Source: Delftia acidovorans NBRC 14950
GTDB lineage: Bacteria; Pseudomonadota; Gammaproteobacteria; Burkholderiales; Burkholderiaceae_C
Direction: 5' to 3'
Assembly (NCBI RefSeq): GCF_001598795.1
Contig: NZ_BCZP01000004.1
Location: 150,001-182,000 of the forward strand
DNA length: 32,000 bases
Under the pieces are notes generated by a model that was not told the origin of the DNA, made no database searches, and worked only from the letters and a program-made list of their open reading frames with translations. This document shows positions 24,646 through 32,000 of the stretch, piece by piece. The first letter of the stretch is position 1, and the number at the start of each line of letters is the position of its first letter. A program made the translations under genes and the position numbers.

Positions 24646-25377
24646 GTGCACATAAGATGCGTGGCCGTGAAACTCCGCCTCGCACTTGCTGCCTTGCTGG
24701 CCTTGCCGCTGGCGCCCGCCTCTGCCACCACGCCAGCGGAGCATGAAAGCGTGCGCCGCGAGGTGCAGTCGAAGCGCCTGCGGCCCTTGGCGGAAATCCT
24801 CCAGGACGTGCAGCAGCGCCACAAAGGGCGCGTCATCGACATCGAACTCGAGCGCGGCGCCGACGGCCGGCGCTGGTACGAAATCAAGCTCGCCAATGGC
24901 CAGCGCACGGAGATCTATATCGATGCAGTCACGGGACAGGACATCCCCCGGCCGGGCGCGACCACCGCCGTGCTGATACCCATGTCCGCCGTGGCGGCAG
25001 CCGTCACCCGCTTGCATCCCGGCACCGTGCTGCAGATCGAGCTGGAGGAAACGCGCAGCCCCAGGCCCTACTACGAGATCCAGCTGCTCACGCGCGAAGG
25101 CCGTGAGCAGCTGCTGCGCGCCGACGCCCAGACGGGCCGCATCCTGGTGGAGCCTGTCCTGAGCCGGGAGCAGGCCGCCACGCTGCAACCGCTGCCGCGA
25201 ATTCTTGAGGAACTGGAGCGCAAGTACCAGGCCCGCGCCACAGAGGCCGAGCTCAAGATCGACGTCCGGCAGCGCGCCTACTACGAGGTCGAGTTGCAGC
25301 TGAGCGCCGGCCGCAGCATCGAAGTGCATGTGGATGCGTACAGCGGCCAGCCCATCGAAGAGGACGGACTGCGCTGA
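24646..25377 (+). CDS. secreted protein with three PepSY-like repeats
   Basis: Signal peptide KLRLALAALLALPLAPASA. Three repeats end in Y(Y/W)E(I/V).L....g...e..vDa.tG..i. The start is GTG 24646, 24661 or 24667. Its stop overlaps the response-regulator start (TGATG). Confidence 0.75.
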   Translation: MHIRCVAVKLRLALAALLALPLAPASATTPAEHESVRREVQSKRLRPLAEILQDVQQRHKGRVIDIELERGADGRRWYEIKLANGQRTEIYIDAVTGQDIPRPGATTAVLIPMSAVAAAVTRLHPGTVLQIELEETRSPRPYYEIQLLTREGREQLLRADAQTGRILVEPVLSREQAATLQPLPRILEELERKYQARATEAELKIDVRQRAYYEVELQLSAGRSIEVHVDAYSGQPIEEDGLR

Positions 25378-26057
25378 TGCGGGTGCTCATCGTCGAAGAC
25401 GACGCCGATCTTGCTGCAGGCCTGCAGGCCATCCTGCAGGAGGCCGGCATGCTGGCCGAGTGCTGCGCGGACGGCCGCCTCGCCCAGGAACTGGGCAGCG
25501 TCGAACACTATGACGCCGCCTTGCTGGACCTGGGGCTGCCAGGACAGGACGGCGTCTCGGTGCTGCGCCATTGGCGCGAGCAGGGCCGCTCCTTTCCCGT
25601 GCTGGTGCTCACGGCCCGCAACCGCTGGAGCGACAAGCTCACGGCCTTCCAGGCCGGCGCAGACGACTACCTGACCAAGCCCTTTCTGCACGAGGAGGTC
25701 GTCACGCGGCTGCGCGTGCTGCACCGGCGCGCAGCAGGCGGCAGCCGGCCCCTGGTGCAGATAGGCCCGCTGGCCTACGACACCATGGCAGACCGCTTCA
25801 CGCTCGAAGGACGGCCGCTTGCGCTGACCGCGCAGGAGCAACGCATCCTGAGCTTTCTGACCAACCGGCATGGACAGCTCGTCAGCCGCGCCGACATCAG
25901 CGAGCACGTCTACGCACGCGACCTGGACCCGGACTCCAACACCGTGGACGTGCTGGTCGGCCGCATCCGCAGCAAACTGTCCCCGCATGGCCTGATCCAT
26001 ACCGAGCGCGGACGGGGCTTTCGCCTGCAGCAGGCCAGCGGCGACCATGCGTCCTAG
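25377..26057 (+). CDS. OmpR/PhoB-family response regulator (PhoP-like)
   Basis: Receiver motifs are present: MRVLIVEDD, LLDLGLPGQDG, DDYLTKPF. The C-terminus is a winged helix (TVDVLVGRIRSKL). Confidence 0.9.
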   Translation: MRVLIVEDDADLAAGLQAILQEAGMLAECCADGRLAQELGSVEHYDAALLDLGLPGQDGVSVLRHWREQGRSFPVLVLTARNRWSDKLTAFQAGADDYLTKPFLHEEVVTRLRVLHRRAAGGSRPLVQIGPLAYDTMADRFTLEGRPLALTAQEQRILSFLTNRHGQLVSRADISEHVYARDLDPDSNTVDVLVGRIRSKLSPHGLIHTERGRGFRLQQASGDHAS

Positions 26058-27384
26058 GCACTGGGGCCTGTCGGAGCGCCTGCTGGCACTGAGCCTGGTG
26101 GCCACGCTGGCCTGCGGCACGGCCGCCAGCTGGCTGCTGCGCGAGCAGTTGCACGACGCGGTGCTGCGCAGCTTCAAGGCCGGCCTGCAGGACCGTGCCG
26201 AACGGCTGCAGGCCGAGCTGCAGTCCCCTGGGCCCCTGACCGGACAGGGCACGCGGCTCAATCGCGGCGAGTTCGGCCGCATTTTCTCGGGCTGGTACTG
26301 GACACTGGAGCAGGACGGGCGGATGCAGCAGTCGCGCTCGGTCTGGGACGACAGCCTGGAGCTGGACGACGCCCGTCCCTGGCCCCGGCACAAGGGCAGC
26401 GAGACGCTGCTGTCGCTGCGCGGGCCGCAGGGGCGCGAACTGCTGGGCCTGCGCCGCAGCTTCGATGTCGCGGGCAGGCGCGTGCAGTTGCATGTCTTCG
26501 GCCCGCTGGACGGTACGCGCCAGGAATGGCGCCGCATCGACCGCATCCTGCTGGTCACCGAGCTGGGCCTGGTCGCCGCGCTGCTGCTGTGCACGGTGGC
26601 GCTGGTGCGCCTGGGATTGCAGCCGCTGCGCAGCCTGCAGCAGGCGCTGCAGGACATGGAAGACGGCACACGCACGCAGCTGGGGCGGCACTTCGGCCCC
26701 GACCTGGACCCGATTGCCGAGGCCGTGGACCAGGTGCTGCAGCGCAATGCCCAGGTCGTGGAGCGCGCGCGCCACCAGGCGGCCGACCTGAGCCATGCGC
26801 TCAAGAAGCCGCTGGCCGTGCTCGGCATCCAGGCACGCGGCCATCAGGTCGATGGCCCGTGGCTGCGTGACCAGGTACAGGCCATGTCCCACACCATCGA
26901 CCGCCATCTGGCGCGCTTCGCCAGCGGCGCCGGCAGCGCCGGCAGCGTGGCGCTGGATGAGGTGCTGGCCCGGCTGCTGGATGCCATGCGCCAGATCCAC
27001 GCCCAGCGGCGCCTGTCCTGGTCCATCCAGACCTCCACGCCGCTGCCCGGCCATGGGCTGCGCTGGCGCGGCGCGGCCTCGGACCTGGAGGAGATGGCGG
27101 GAAACCTGCTGGACAACGCCGGCAAGTGGGCACGCAGCCGCGTCACGCTGACCGTATGCCAGGATGGCACGACGACGCTGCTGCAGATCGATGACGACGG
27201 CCCAGGCCTGGCGCCGGAGCATCTTGCGCAGGCCATGGAACGCGGTGTCCGCTTCGACGAACAGGCCCAGGGCCACGGCCTGGGCCTGGCCATCGTGCGC
27301 GACATCGCCGAGACCTATGGTGGATCGCTGGAGATGGGGCCGAGCCCGCTGGGCGGGTTGCGCTGCACGCTGCGCCTGGGCTGA
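26047..27384 (+). CDS. sensor histidine kinase with two TM helices and a periplasmic domain of about 150 aa; PhoQ-like H-box
   Basis: H-box DLSHALKKPLAVL, N-box LLDNAGKWA, G-boxes DDDGPGL and GHGLGLAIV. It overlaps the response-regulator gene by 11 nt. Confidence 0.9.
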   Translation: MRPRHWGLSERLLALSLVATLACGTAASWLLREQLHDAVLRSFKAGLQDRAERLQAELQSPGPLTGQGTRLNRGEFGRIFSGWYWTLEQDGRMQQSRSVWDDSLELDDARPWPRHKGSETLLSLRGPQGRELLGLRRSFDVAGRRVQLHVFGPLDGTRQEWRRIDRILLVTELGLVAALLLCTVALVRLGLQPLRSLQQALQDMEDGTRTQLGRHFGPDLDPIAEAVDQVLQRNAQVVERARHQAADLSHALKKPLAVLGIQARGHQVDGPWLRDQVQAMSHTIDRHLARFASGAGSAGSVALDEVLARLLDAMRQIHAQRRLSWSIQTSTPLPGHGLRWRGAASDLEEMAGNLLDNAGKWARSRVTLTVCQDGTTTLLQIDDDGPGLAPEHLAQAMERGVRFDEQAQGHGLGLAIVRDIAETYGGSLEMGPSPLGGLRCTLRLG

Positions 27385-27388
27385 GCAC

Positions 27389-27404
27389 AGCGCCGGGCGG
27401 CGCT
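27389..27404. terminator. short GC hairpin between convergent genes (kinase and minE)
   Basis: AGCGCC-GGGC-GGCGCT. There is no clear U-tract, and it overlaps the minE stop codon. Confidence 0.3.
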
Positions 27405-27667
27405 CAGCGCGAGGCGTCGGGCAGTTCGATCTTGACTTCGAGCACTTCCAGGTTTTCCTGGCGCTCCAGGTGCACCTTGATGTCGTTGACGTCGATGTCC
27501 ACGTACTTGGAGATCACCGCCATCAGCTCCTTTTGCAGCGCAGGCAGGTAGTCGGGACCGCCGCCGTTGCCGCCCACGCGTTCGCGCGCGAGGATGATCT
27601 GCAGGCGCTCCTTGGCCACCGAGGCCGTCTTCTTCTTTTCTCCGAGCAGGAAAGAGAGCATGGACAT
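27404..27667 (-). CDS. minE: cell division topological specificity factor MinE
   Basis: [30 protein letters not shown]... Confidence 0.95.
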   Translation of the reverse strand: MSMLSFLLGEKKKTASVAKERLQIILARERVGGNGGGPDYLPALQKELMAVISKYVDIDVNDIKVHLERQENLEVLEVKIELPDASR

Positions 27668-27673
27668 GGCCGC

Positions 27674-28486
27674 TTACCTCCCCCCGAACATGCGTTTGAA
27701 GAAGCCGGGCTTTTGCGCTTCGGTGAAGCGCATGGGCTTTTCCTCGCCCAGGAAGCGCGCGACCACGTCCTGGTAGGCCTCGGCCACGTCCGAGCCCTGC
27801 ATGTGCACGGCGGGAATGCCCTGGTTGGAGGCCTGCAGCACGGTTTCGGATTCGGGCACGACGCCGATCAGCTCGATGCGCAGGATGTCCTGGATGTCCT
27901 CCAGCGACAGCATCTGGCCGTCCTGCACGCGGTTGGGGTTGTAGCGCGTGATCAGCAGGTGTTCCTTGACGCTCTCGCCCGCAATGGCGCGCGCGGTCTT
28001 GGAGCTGAGCATGCCCAGGATGCGGTCGGAGTCGCGCACGGAGGAGACTTCCGGGTTGGTCACGACCAGGGCCTCGTCGGCGAAGTGCATGGCGATCAGC
28101 GCGCCGCTTTCGATGCCGGCCGGCGAGTCGCAGATGATGTACTCGAAGTCCATGCCCGACAGGTCGTCCAGGATCTTCTTGACGCCGTCCTGCGTCAGCG
28201 CATCCTTGTCACGCGTCTGGGAGGCGGCCAGCACGAAGAGGTTGTCGCACTGCTTGTCCTTGATCAGGGCCTGGTTGAGGTTGGCCTCGCCCTGGATGAC
28301 GTTGATCAGGTCGTAGACCACGCGGCGCTCGCAGCCCATGATGAGGTCCAGGTTGCGCAGGCCCACGTCGAAATCGATGACGGCGGTCTTGTGCCCGCGC
28401 AATGCGAGGCCCGATGCGAAGCTGGCACTGGTGGTGGTCTTGCCCACGCCACCCTTGCCGGAGGTCACGACGACTATTTTGGCCAT
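27674..28486 (-). CDS. minD: septum site-determining ATPase MinD
   Basis: MAKIVVVTSGKGGVGKTTTSASFA (deviant Walker A) and a C-terminal amphipathic helix FFKRMFGG. The start is set at the ATG complement at 28484-28486. The longer track ORF reaching 29101 overlaps minC and is not credible. Confidence 0.95.
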   Translation of the reverse strand: MAKIVVVTSGKGGVGKTTTSASFASGLALRGHKTAVIDFDVGLRNLDLIMGCERRVVYDLINVIQGEANLNQALIKDKQCDNLFVLAASQTRDKDALTQDGVKKILDDLSGMDFEYIICDSPAGIESGALIAMHFADEALVVTNPEVSSVRDSDRILGMLSSKTARAIAGESVKEHLLITRYNPNRVQDGQMLSLEDIQDILRIELIGVVPESETVLQASNQGIPAVHMQGSDVAEAYQDVVARFLGEEKPMRFTEAQKPGFFKRMFGGR

Positions 28487-28535
28487 GTTTGCACGGTTCC
28501 TTAAAGACTGGAGAGCAAAGAAGAGGGGTCCGGTG

Positions 28536-29282
28536 TCATACCGGCTCGATGAGGATTTTCTCGCCGTCGAGACGCACCTTGGCGGGCCTGGCAGCCACGT
28601 CCGCTGGGAGATCGGTCTCGATTGTGCGATAGATGCCGGCAATCGACAGCAGCTGTGCTTCCATGCAGGTGCTGAAGATGCGCGCCTCGGTGTTGCCGCG
28701 TGCCCCGGCGATGGCCCTGCCGCGCAGCGGCGCGTAGACATGGACGTTGCCGTCGGCGATGACTTCGGCACCATAGCTGACCATGGCCAGCACCACGATG
28801 TCGGTGCCGCGCGCATAGACGCGCTGGCCCGAGCGCAGCGGCTTGTCCACGATGAGGGCGTCGGCCTGGGGAGCAGGCACCTCGCGCACCACCTCGATCT
28901 CGCGCACGACCTCCTGGATCTCGATCTCGGGCACCGTGGGCCGCACGGGTGCGGCCTCGGGCGCGGGCGCCAGGCCTGCGGCACGCGCCGCCTCCATCTG
29001 GGCGGGGCTGCCGCCGCGCACGGCCACGGGCACGGTGCGGTGAAAGCGCAGCGCCTCCACGAGCACGGCGAAGTCGATGGCCTCCTCGGCATCACGCACA
29101 TGGGCCAGGTCGATCAGTACGGGGTCGTTGTCGAAGAAATCCGGGTCGTCGGCCAGGCGCTGGGCCAGGTCGGCCACGAGCGCACGTACGTCGGTATCCC
29201 GCAGGGCCACGGCCACCACGGGCAGCTGCGCGCTCTTGAGGTCGAAGCTGGGGCGGGCAGTACTCGTCGTTTCAACGGCCAT
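28536..29282 (-). CDS. minC: septum site-determining protein MinC
   Basis: SFDLKSAQLPVVAVAL..., and the C-terminal beta-helix region GAEVIADGNVHVYAPLRGRAIAGARGNTEARIF. The start is set at the ATG complement at 29280-29282. Confidence 0.9.
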   Translation of the reverse strand: MAVETTSTARPSFDLKSAQLPVVAVALRDTDVRALVADLAQRLADDPDFFDNDPVLIDLAHVRDAEEAIDFAVLVEALRFHRTVPVAVRGGSPAQMEAARAAGLAPAPEAAPVRPTVPEIEIQEVVREIEVVREVPAPQADALIVDKPLRSGQRVYARGTDIVVLAMVSYGAEVIADGNVHVYAPLRGRAIAGARGNTEARIFSTCMEAQLLSIAGIYRTIETDLPADVAARPAKVRLDGEKILIEPV

Positions 29283-29450
29283 GGGACTGGGAGTGCGGTG
29301 GATGGGAGAGTTGCCTCTCGACGCGCAAAGTGTACTGTGTGCGCAGTACATGGGCGCCCACTCCCGCCGGGAGGCCGGCACCGGGGAGTGTCCATTTGTG
29401 TTGTGTCACACACGGCCCATGCCCCCGTGGCGGGGGCCGGGCGGGCCCGG

Positions 29451-30239
29451 TCACTGAAACCGGGGCTTACGCTTCTCCACGAAAGCCATCACGGCCTCGC
29501 GGTGGTCGGCGGTCTTGTGGGCCAGGGCCTGGTAGCCGGCGGACAGCTCCAGCAGCGACTCCAGCGTGCTGTGCTCGCCCTCGCGCAGCAGGCGCTTGGT
29601 CATGCGCATCACGGCGCCGGGGTTGGCGGCGATCTTGTCGGCCAGCTCGCGCGCCGTGGGCAGCAGCTGGTCGGCGGGCACGACGCGGCTGACCAGGCCG
29701 CAGGCCAGGGCCTGCTGCGCGTCAATGGCCTCGCCCGTGAATGCCATCTCGGCCGCCTTGGCGCGGCCCACGGCGCGCGGCAGCAGCCAGGCGCCCCCGT
29801 CGCCCGGCACGATGCCCACGCGCACGAAGCTCTCGGCAAAGGTGGCCGTCTCGCTGGCGATGCGGATGTCGCACATGCAGGTCAGGTCCAGCCCCGCGCC
29901 GATGGCCGGGCCGTTGACGGCGCAGATCACGGGCACGTCCAGCTGGTTGAGGGCACGCGGAATGCGCTGTATGCCCTGGCGGTACTCCTCGCGGATGGCG
30001 TCGGGCGTGAGCGCGTCGTCGAAGAAGCGCTGCATGTCCTTGACGTTGCCACCCGAGCTGAAGATGGGGCCGGCGCCCGTGAGGATGACGGCCTTGACCG
30101 AGGCGTCGCGCCGGATCTCGTCGCAGACCTGCACGAATTCCTCCACGGCCGTGTTGCCCGTGAGCGCATTGCGCGTCTCGGGCTGGTTCATGGTGAGGGT
30201 CCAGATGGCGCCGTCGCGGGCGATGTTCAGAAAGGACAT
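29451..30239 (-). CDS. enoyl-CoA hydratase/isomerase (crotonase family)
   Basis: NQPETRNAL, VILTGAGPIFSSGGNV, AVNGPAIGAGLDLTCMCDIRIA. AAGGAG lies upstream on the minus strand. Confidence 0.9.
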   Translation of the reverse strand: MSFLNIARDGAIWTLTMNQPETRNALTGNTAVEEFVQVCDEIRRDASVKAVILTGAGPIFSSGGNVKDMQRFFDDALTPDAIREEYRQGIQRIPRALNQLDVPVICAVNGPAIGAGLDLTCMCDIRIASETATFAESFVRVGIVPGDGGAWLLPRAVGRAKAAEMAFTGEAIDAQQALACGLVSRVVPADQLLPTARELADKIAANPGAVMRMTKRLLREGEHSTLESLLELSAGYQALAHKTADHREAVMAFVEKRKPRFQ

Positions 30240-30263
30240 GGAGAAGACTCCTTGAGCAAGGGT

Positions 30264-31280
30264 TTATGCGGTGATGTCGGTGGTCGAACGGATCAGGTCC
30301 AGCGTGCTGCCCGCGTGGCCATGGACCAGCGCGGCGCCTGCCACACCGTGCCAGTACGACTCGGAGCCGGCCGTCTGGCGCCAGGCATGCAGGCGGCGCG
30401 TGAACAGTTGCAGGTCGTATTCCTCGGTAAAGCCCATGGCGCCGTGGATGGCGTGGGCCGCCTCGGCCACGGCCAGCGCGGCCTGGCTGCAGCGCGCCTT
30501 GGCCACGGCCACGCGCAGCCGATCGGGGAAGATGCCCTGCCCCGCGCAACCCAGCCGGGCCGCCATGCGCGCGGCGAAGACATGCTCGCTCATCACCGCC
30601 AGCTGGTGCTGTATGGCCTGGAACTTGCCGATGGGGCGGCCGAACTGCTGGCGCTCGTTCGCGTACTGCAGCGTGCGCTGGAACACCTCCATGAGCGCGC
30701 CCGCCAGCTGCGCCGCCACCAGGCCGGCCTGCAGCGTGCGCAGGTCCAGCCCACCCGGCAGGGCGATAGCGGGAGCAGGTGCTGCGCGGACCTGATCGGC
30801 GCTCCAGCGCAGGTTCACGTCCAGGCAGAAGGCCGCCGGCTCGGACTGCGCCTGCGCCACGGGCAGCAGGCTCCAGCCCTGCGCATGCTGCACCAGCGCG
30901 CTGTCCGCCACCGCGCCCAGGCCCACGGGTTCGCAGTGCAGGCTGCCATCCGGCTGGAGCAGGCCTTGCGCCAACGCGATGGCGCCTGGTGGACGCTCCG
31001 CCCCCGCGCCAGCCAGCAGCGCGCGCGCCAGCATGGTTTCACCCAGCGGCACGGGCAGCGCATGGGCGCCGGCCTGCGACCACACATCGAACAGCTGCGC
31101 CAGCGCCAGCCCCGCGCCGCCCGCGTGCTCGGGCACCAGGGCATCGGCAAAGCCGGCCTGCTCCAGCGATTGCCACAGCGCCCGGGGCGAGCCCCCGGCC
31201 TCGATGGCGCGCACCCGCGCGGGCGTGCACTCGCCCTGCAGCAACTGGCGTGCGGCGTCGGCAAACAAATCGTCTTCCAT
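30264..31280 (-). CDS. acyl-CoA dehydrogenase family protein, short (about 338 aa) subunit type
   Basis: The ACAD C-terminal domain is present (ERQQFGRPIGKFQAIQHQLAVM, GAMGFTEEYDLQLFTRRL). I prefer the start at the second ATG (MEDDLF, complement of 31278-31280), which is preceded by GGAGAG. The first ATG is at 31292. Confidence 0.75.
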   Translation of the reverse strand: MEDDLFADAARQLLQGECTPARVRAIEAGGSPRALWQSLEQAGFADALVPEHAGGAGLALAQLFDVWSQAGAHALPVPLGETMLARALLAGAGAERPPGAIALAQGLLQPDGSLHCEPVGLGAVADSALVQHAQGWSLLPVAQAQSEPAAFCLDVNLRWSADQVRAAPAPAIALPGGLDLRTLQAGLVAAQLAGALMEVFQRTLQYANERQQFGRPIGKFQAIQHQLAVMSEHVFAARMAARLGCAGQGIFPDRLRVAVAKARCSQAALAVAEAAHAIHGAMGFTEEYDLQLFTRRLHAWRQTAGSESYWHGVAGAALVHGHAGSTLDLIRSTTDITA

Positions 31281-31364
31281 GTCTCTCTCCATTCATGACA
31301 CATGACGCCAGGCCTTGGGCGTTCCGTTTGAAACTGGCGCGCCCCAACTCAGGGGGAACCTTAT

Positions 31365-32000
31365 TCAACGCAGGCCGAGGCCACGCGCGATCATTCCGCG
31401 CAGGATGTCGCGCGTGCCGCCGCGCAGCGAATACGAAGGCGCAACCTCCGTCACGTAGTTGAGGGTGCGCAGCAGCTCCAGCGGAACCTCGGACGCCTCG
31501 CGTGCGAACAGGTCGTCGGCGATGGCGGCGGGAATGGACTGCTCCAGCGTCGTGCCCAGCTCCTTGACCAGGGCCGCCTCGACGATGGGGCTTTCGCCGC
31601 GCACCAGCTTGTCCTGCACGGCCACCGACATGGCGCGCAGCGGGGCCAGCTCGGTGAACACGCGGCCGGCCAGGCGCAGCGCGCCTTCGCTGCGCTCGCC
31701 CGTTGCACGCAGCCAGGCCAGCCATTCGTCGAACAGCACGATGCTGGAGAACAGCCGCTCGGGCCCGCTGCGTTCGAAGGCCAGCTCGGCCGTGACCTGC
31801 TCCCAGCCCTGGCCTTCCTGGCCGATCAGGGCGTCGGGCGGCAGCTGCACGTTGTCGAAGAAGACTTCGCAGAAATGGCTGTCGCCCGAGAGGTCGGTGA
31901 TGGGCCGCACGGTCACGCCCGGCAGCGACAAGTCCACGATGACCTGGGACAGCCCCTTGTGCCGGTCACCCGCCTCGCCCGAGGTGCGCACCAGGGCGAT
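31365..32000 (-). CDS. acyl-CoA dehydrogenase family protein, C-terminal part only (the N-terminus lies beyond the window edge)
   Basis: ACAD middle and C-terminal motifs are present (GLSQVIVDLSLPGVTVRPI, GQEGQGWEQVTAELAFERSG, GGTRDILRGMIARGLGL). The frame stays open to position 32000. Confidence 0.8.
   Translation of the reverse strand: MALVRTSGEAGDRHKGLSQVIVDLSLPGVTVRPITDLSGDSHFCEVFFDNVQLPPDALIGQEGQGWEQVTAELAFERSGPERLFSSIVLFDEWLAWLRATGERSEGALRLAGRVFTELAPLRAMSVAVQDKLVRGESPIVEAALVKELGTTLEQSIPAAIADDLFAREASEVPLELLRTLNYVTEVAPSYSLRGGTRDILRGMIARGLGLR

Noticed and set aside
28487-29101. A 205-aa N-terminal extension of the MinD ORF (track ORF 27674..29101).
   Set aside because: The extension is Cys/Arg/Pro-rich nonsense that overlaps minC in another frame. 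MinD homologs start at MAKIVVVTSGKGGVGKT, which has its own ATG at 28486.
29331-29350. Interpretation of the TACTG...CAGTA dyad upstream of minC as a LexA SOS box.
   Set aside because: The canonical box has CTG and CAG separated by 10 nt (CTGT-N8-ACAG). Here the separation is 6 nt, so the half-sites would lie on different faces of the helix. It is kept only as an unexplained dyad.
1-32000. A search for a mobile element, genomic island, CRISPR array, toxin-antitoxin pair, or defence or secretion system.
   Set aside because: I saw no integrase, transposase or recombinase motifs and no tRNA or attachment-site repeats. There are no repeat-spacer arrays and no compositional break. The only AT-richer patches are short promoter regions. 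All multi-gene units are metabolic, regulatory or cell-division loci.

Overview
This is a very GC-rich window with strong G/C bias at codon position 3. It is densely packed, and the genes look like core chromosome of a betaproteobacterium, probably Burkholderiales/Comamonadaceae. That placement rests on protein-motif recognition and a Bug-family binding protein, and is not verified.

Gene order, left to right:
- threonine dehydratase, an unannotated 49-codon membrane mini-ORF, and GTP-dependent PEP carboxykinase
- a divergent membrane protein and LysR regulator, then a metallophosphoesterase and a universal stress protein
- one 1219-aa secreted multidomain protein ending in a PEP-CTERM/IPTL-CTERM-like sorting signal
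- a complete homoprotocatechuate (3,4-dihydroxyphenylacetate) meta-cleavage cluster: split hpaG, hpaE, a Bug-family binding protein, a LigA-like plus LigB-like dioxygenase pair, hpaF, hpaH, gabD, hpaI, hpaR
- a DEDDh exonuclease, an orphan HpaC-like flavin reductase, and an APC amino-acid permease
- a five-repeat DUF5666-like lipoprotein, divergent from a triple-PepSY protein and a PhoP/PhoQ-like two-component operon
- minCDE, a crotonase, and two adjacent acyl-CoA dehydrogenase genes (the last runs off the window)

I found no tRNA or rRNA genes, CRISPR arrays, integrases or transposases, terminal inverted repeats, or recognisable defence genes. Nothing marks an accessory island.

The best candidates for under-described biology are:
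- the orphan giant CTERM-sorted surface protein
- the DUF5666 / 3xPepSY / two-component envelope-sensing module
- the unusual wiring of the hpa cluster (two-subunit LigAB-type dioxygenase, embedded orphan Bug binding protein)
- several unexplained palindromes and motif arrays in intergenic regions

All functional calls come from reading the translated ORFs and recognising motifs. No database search was run.
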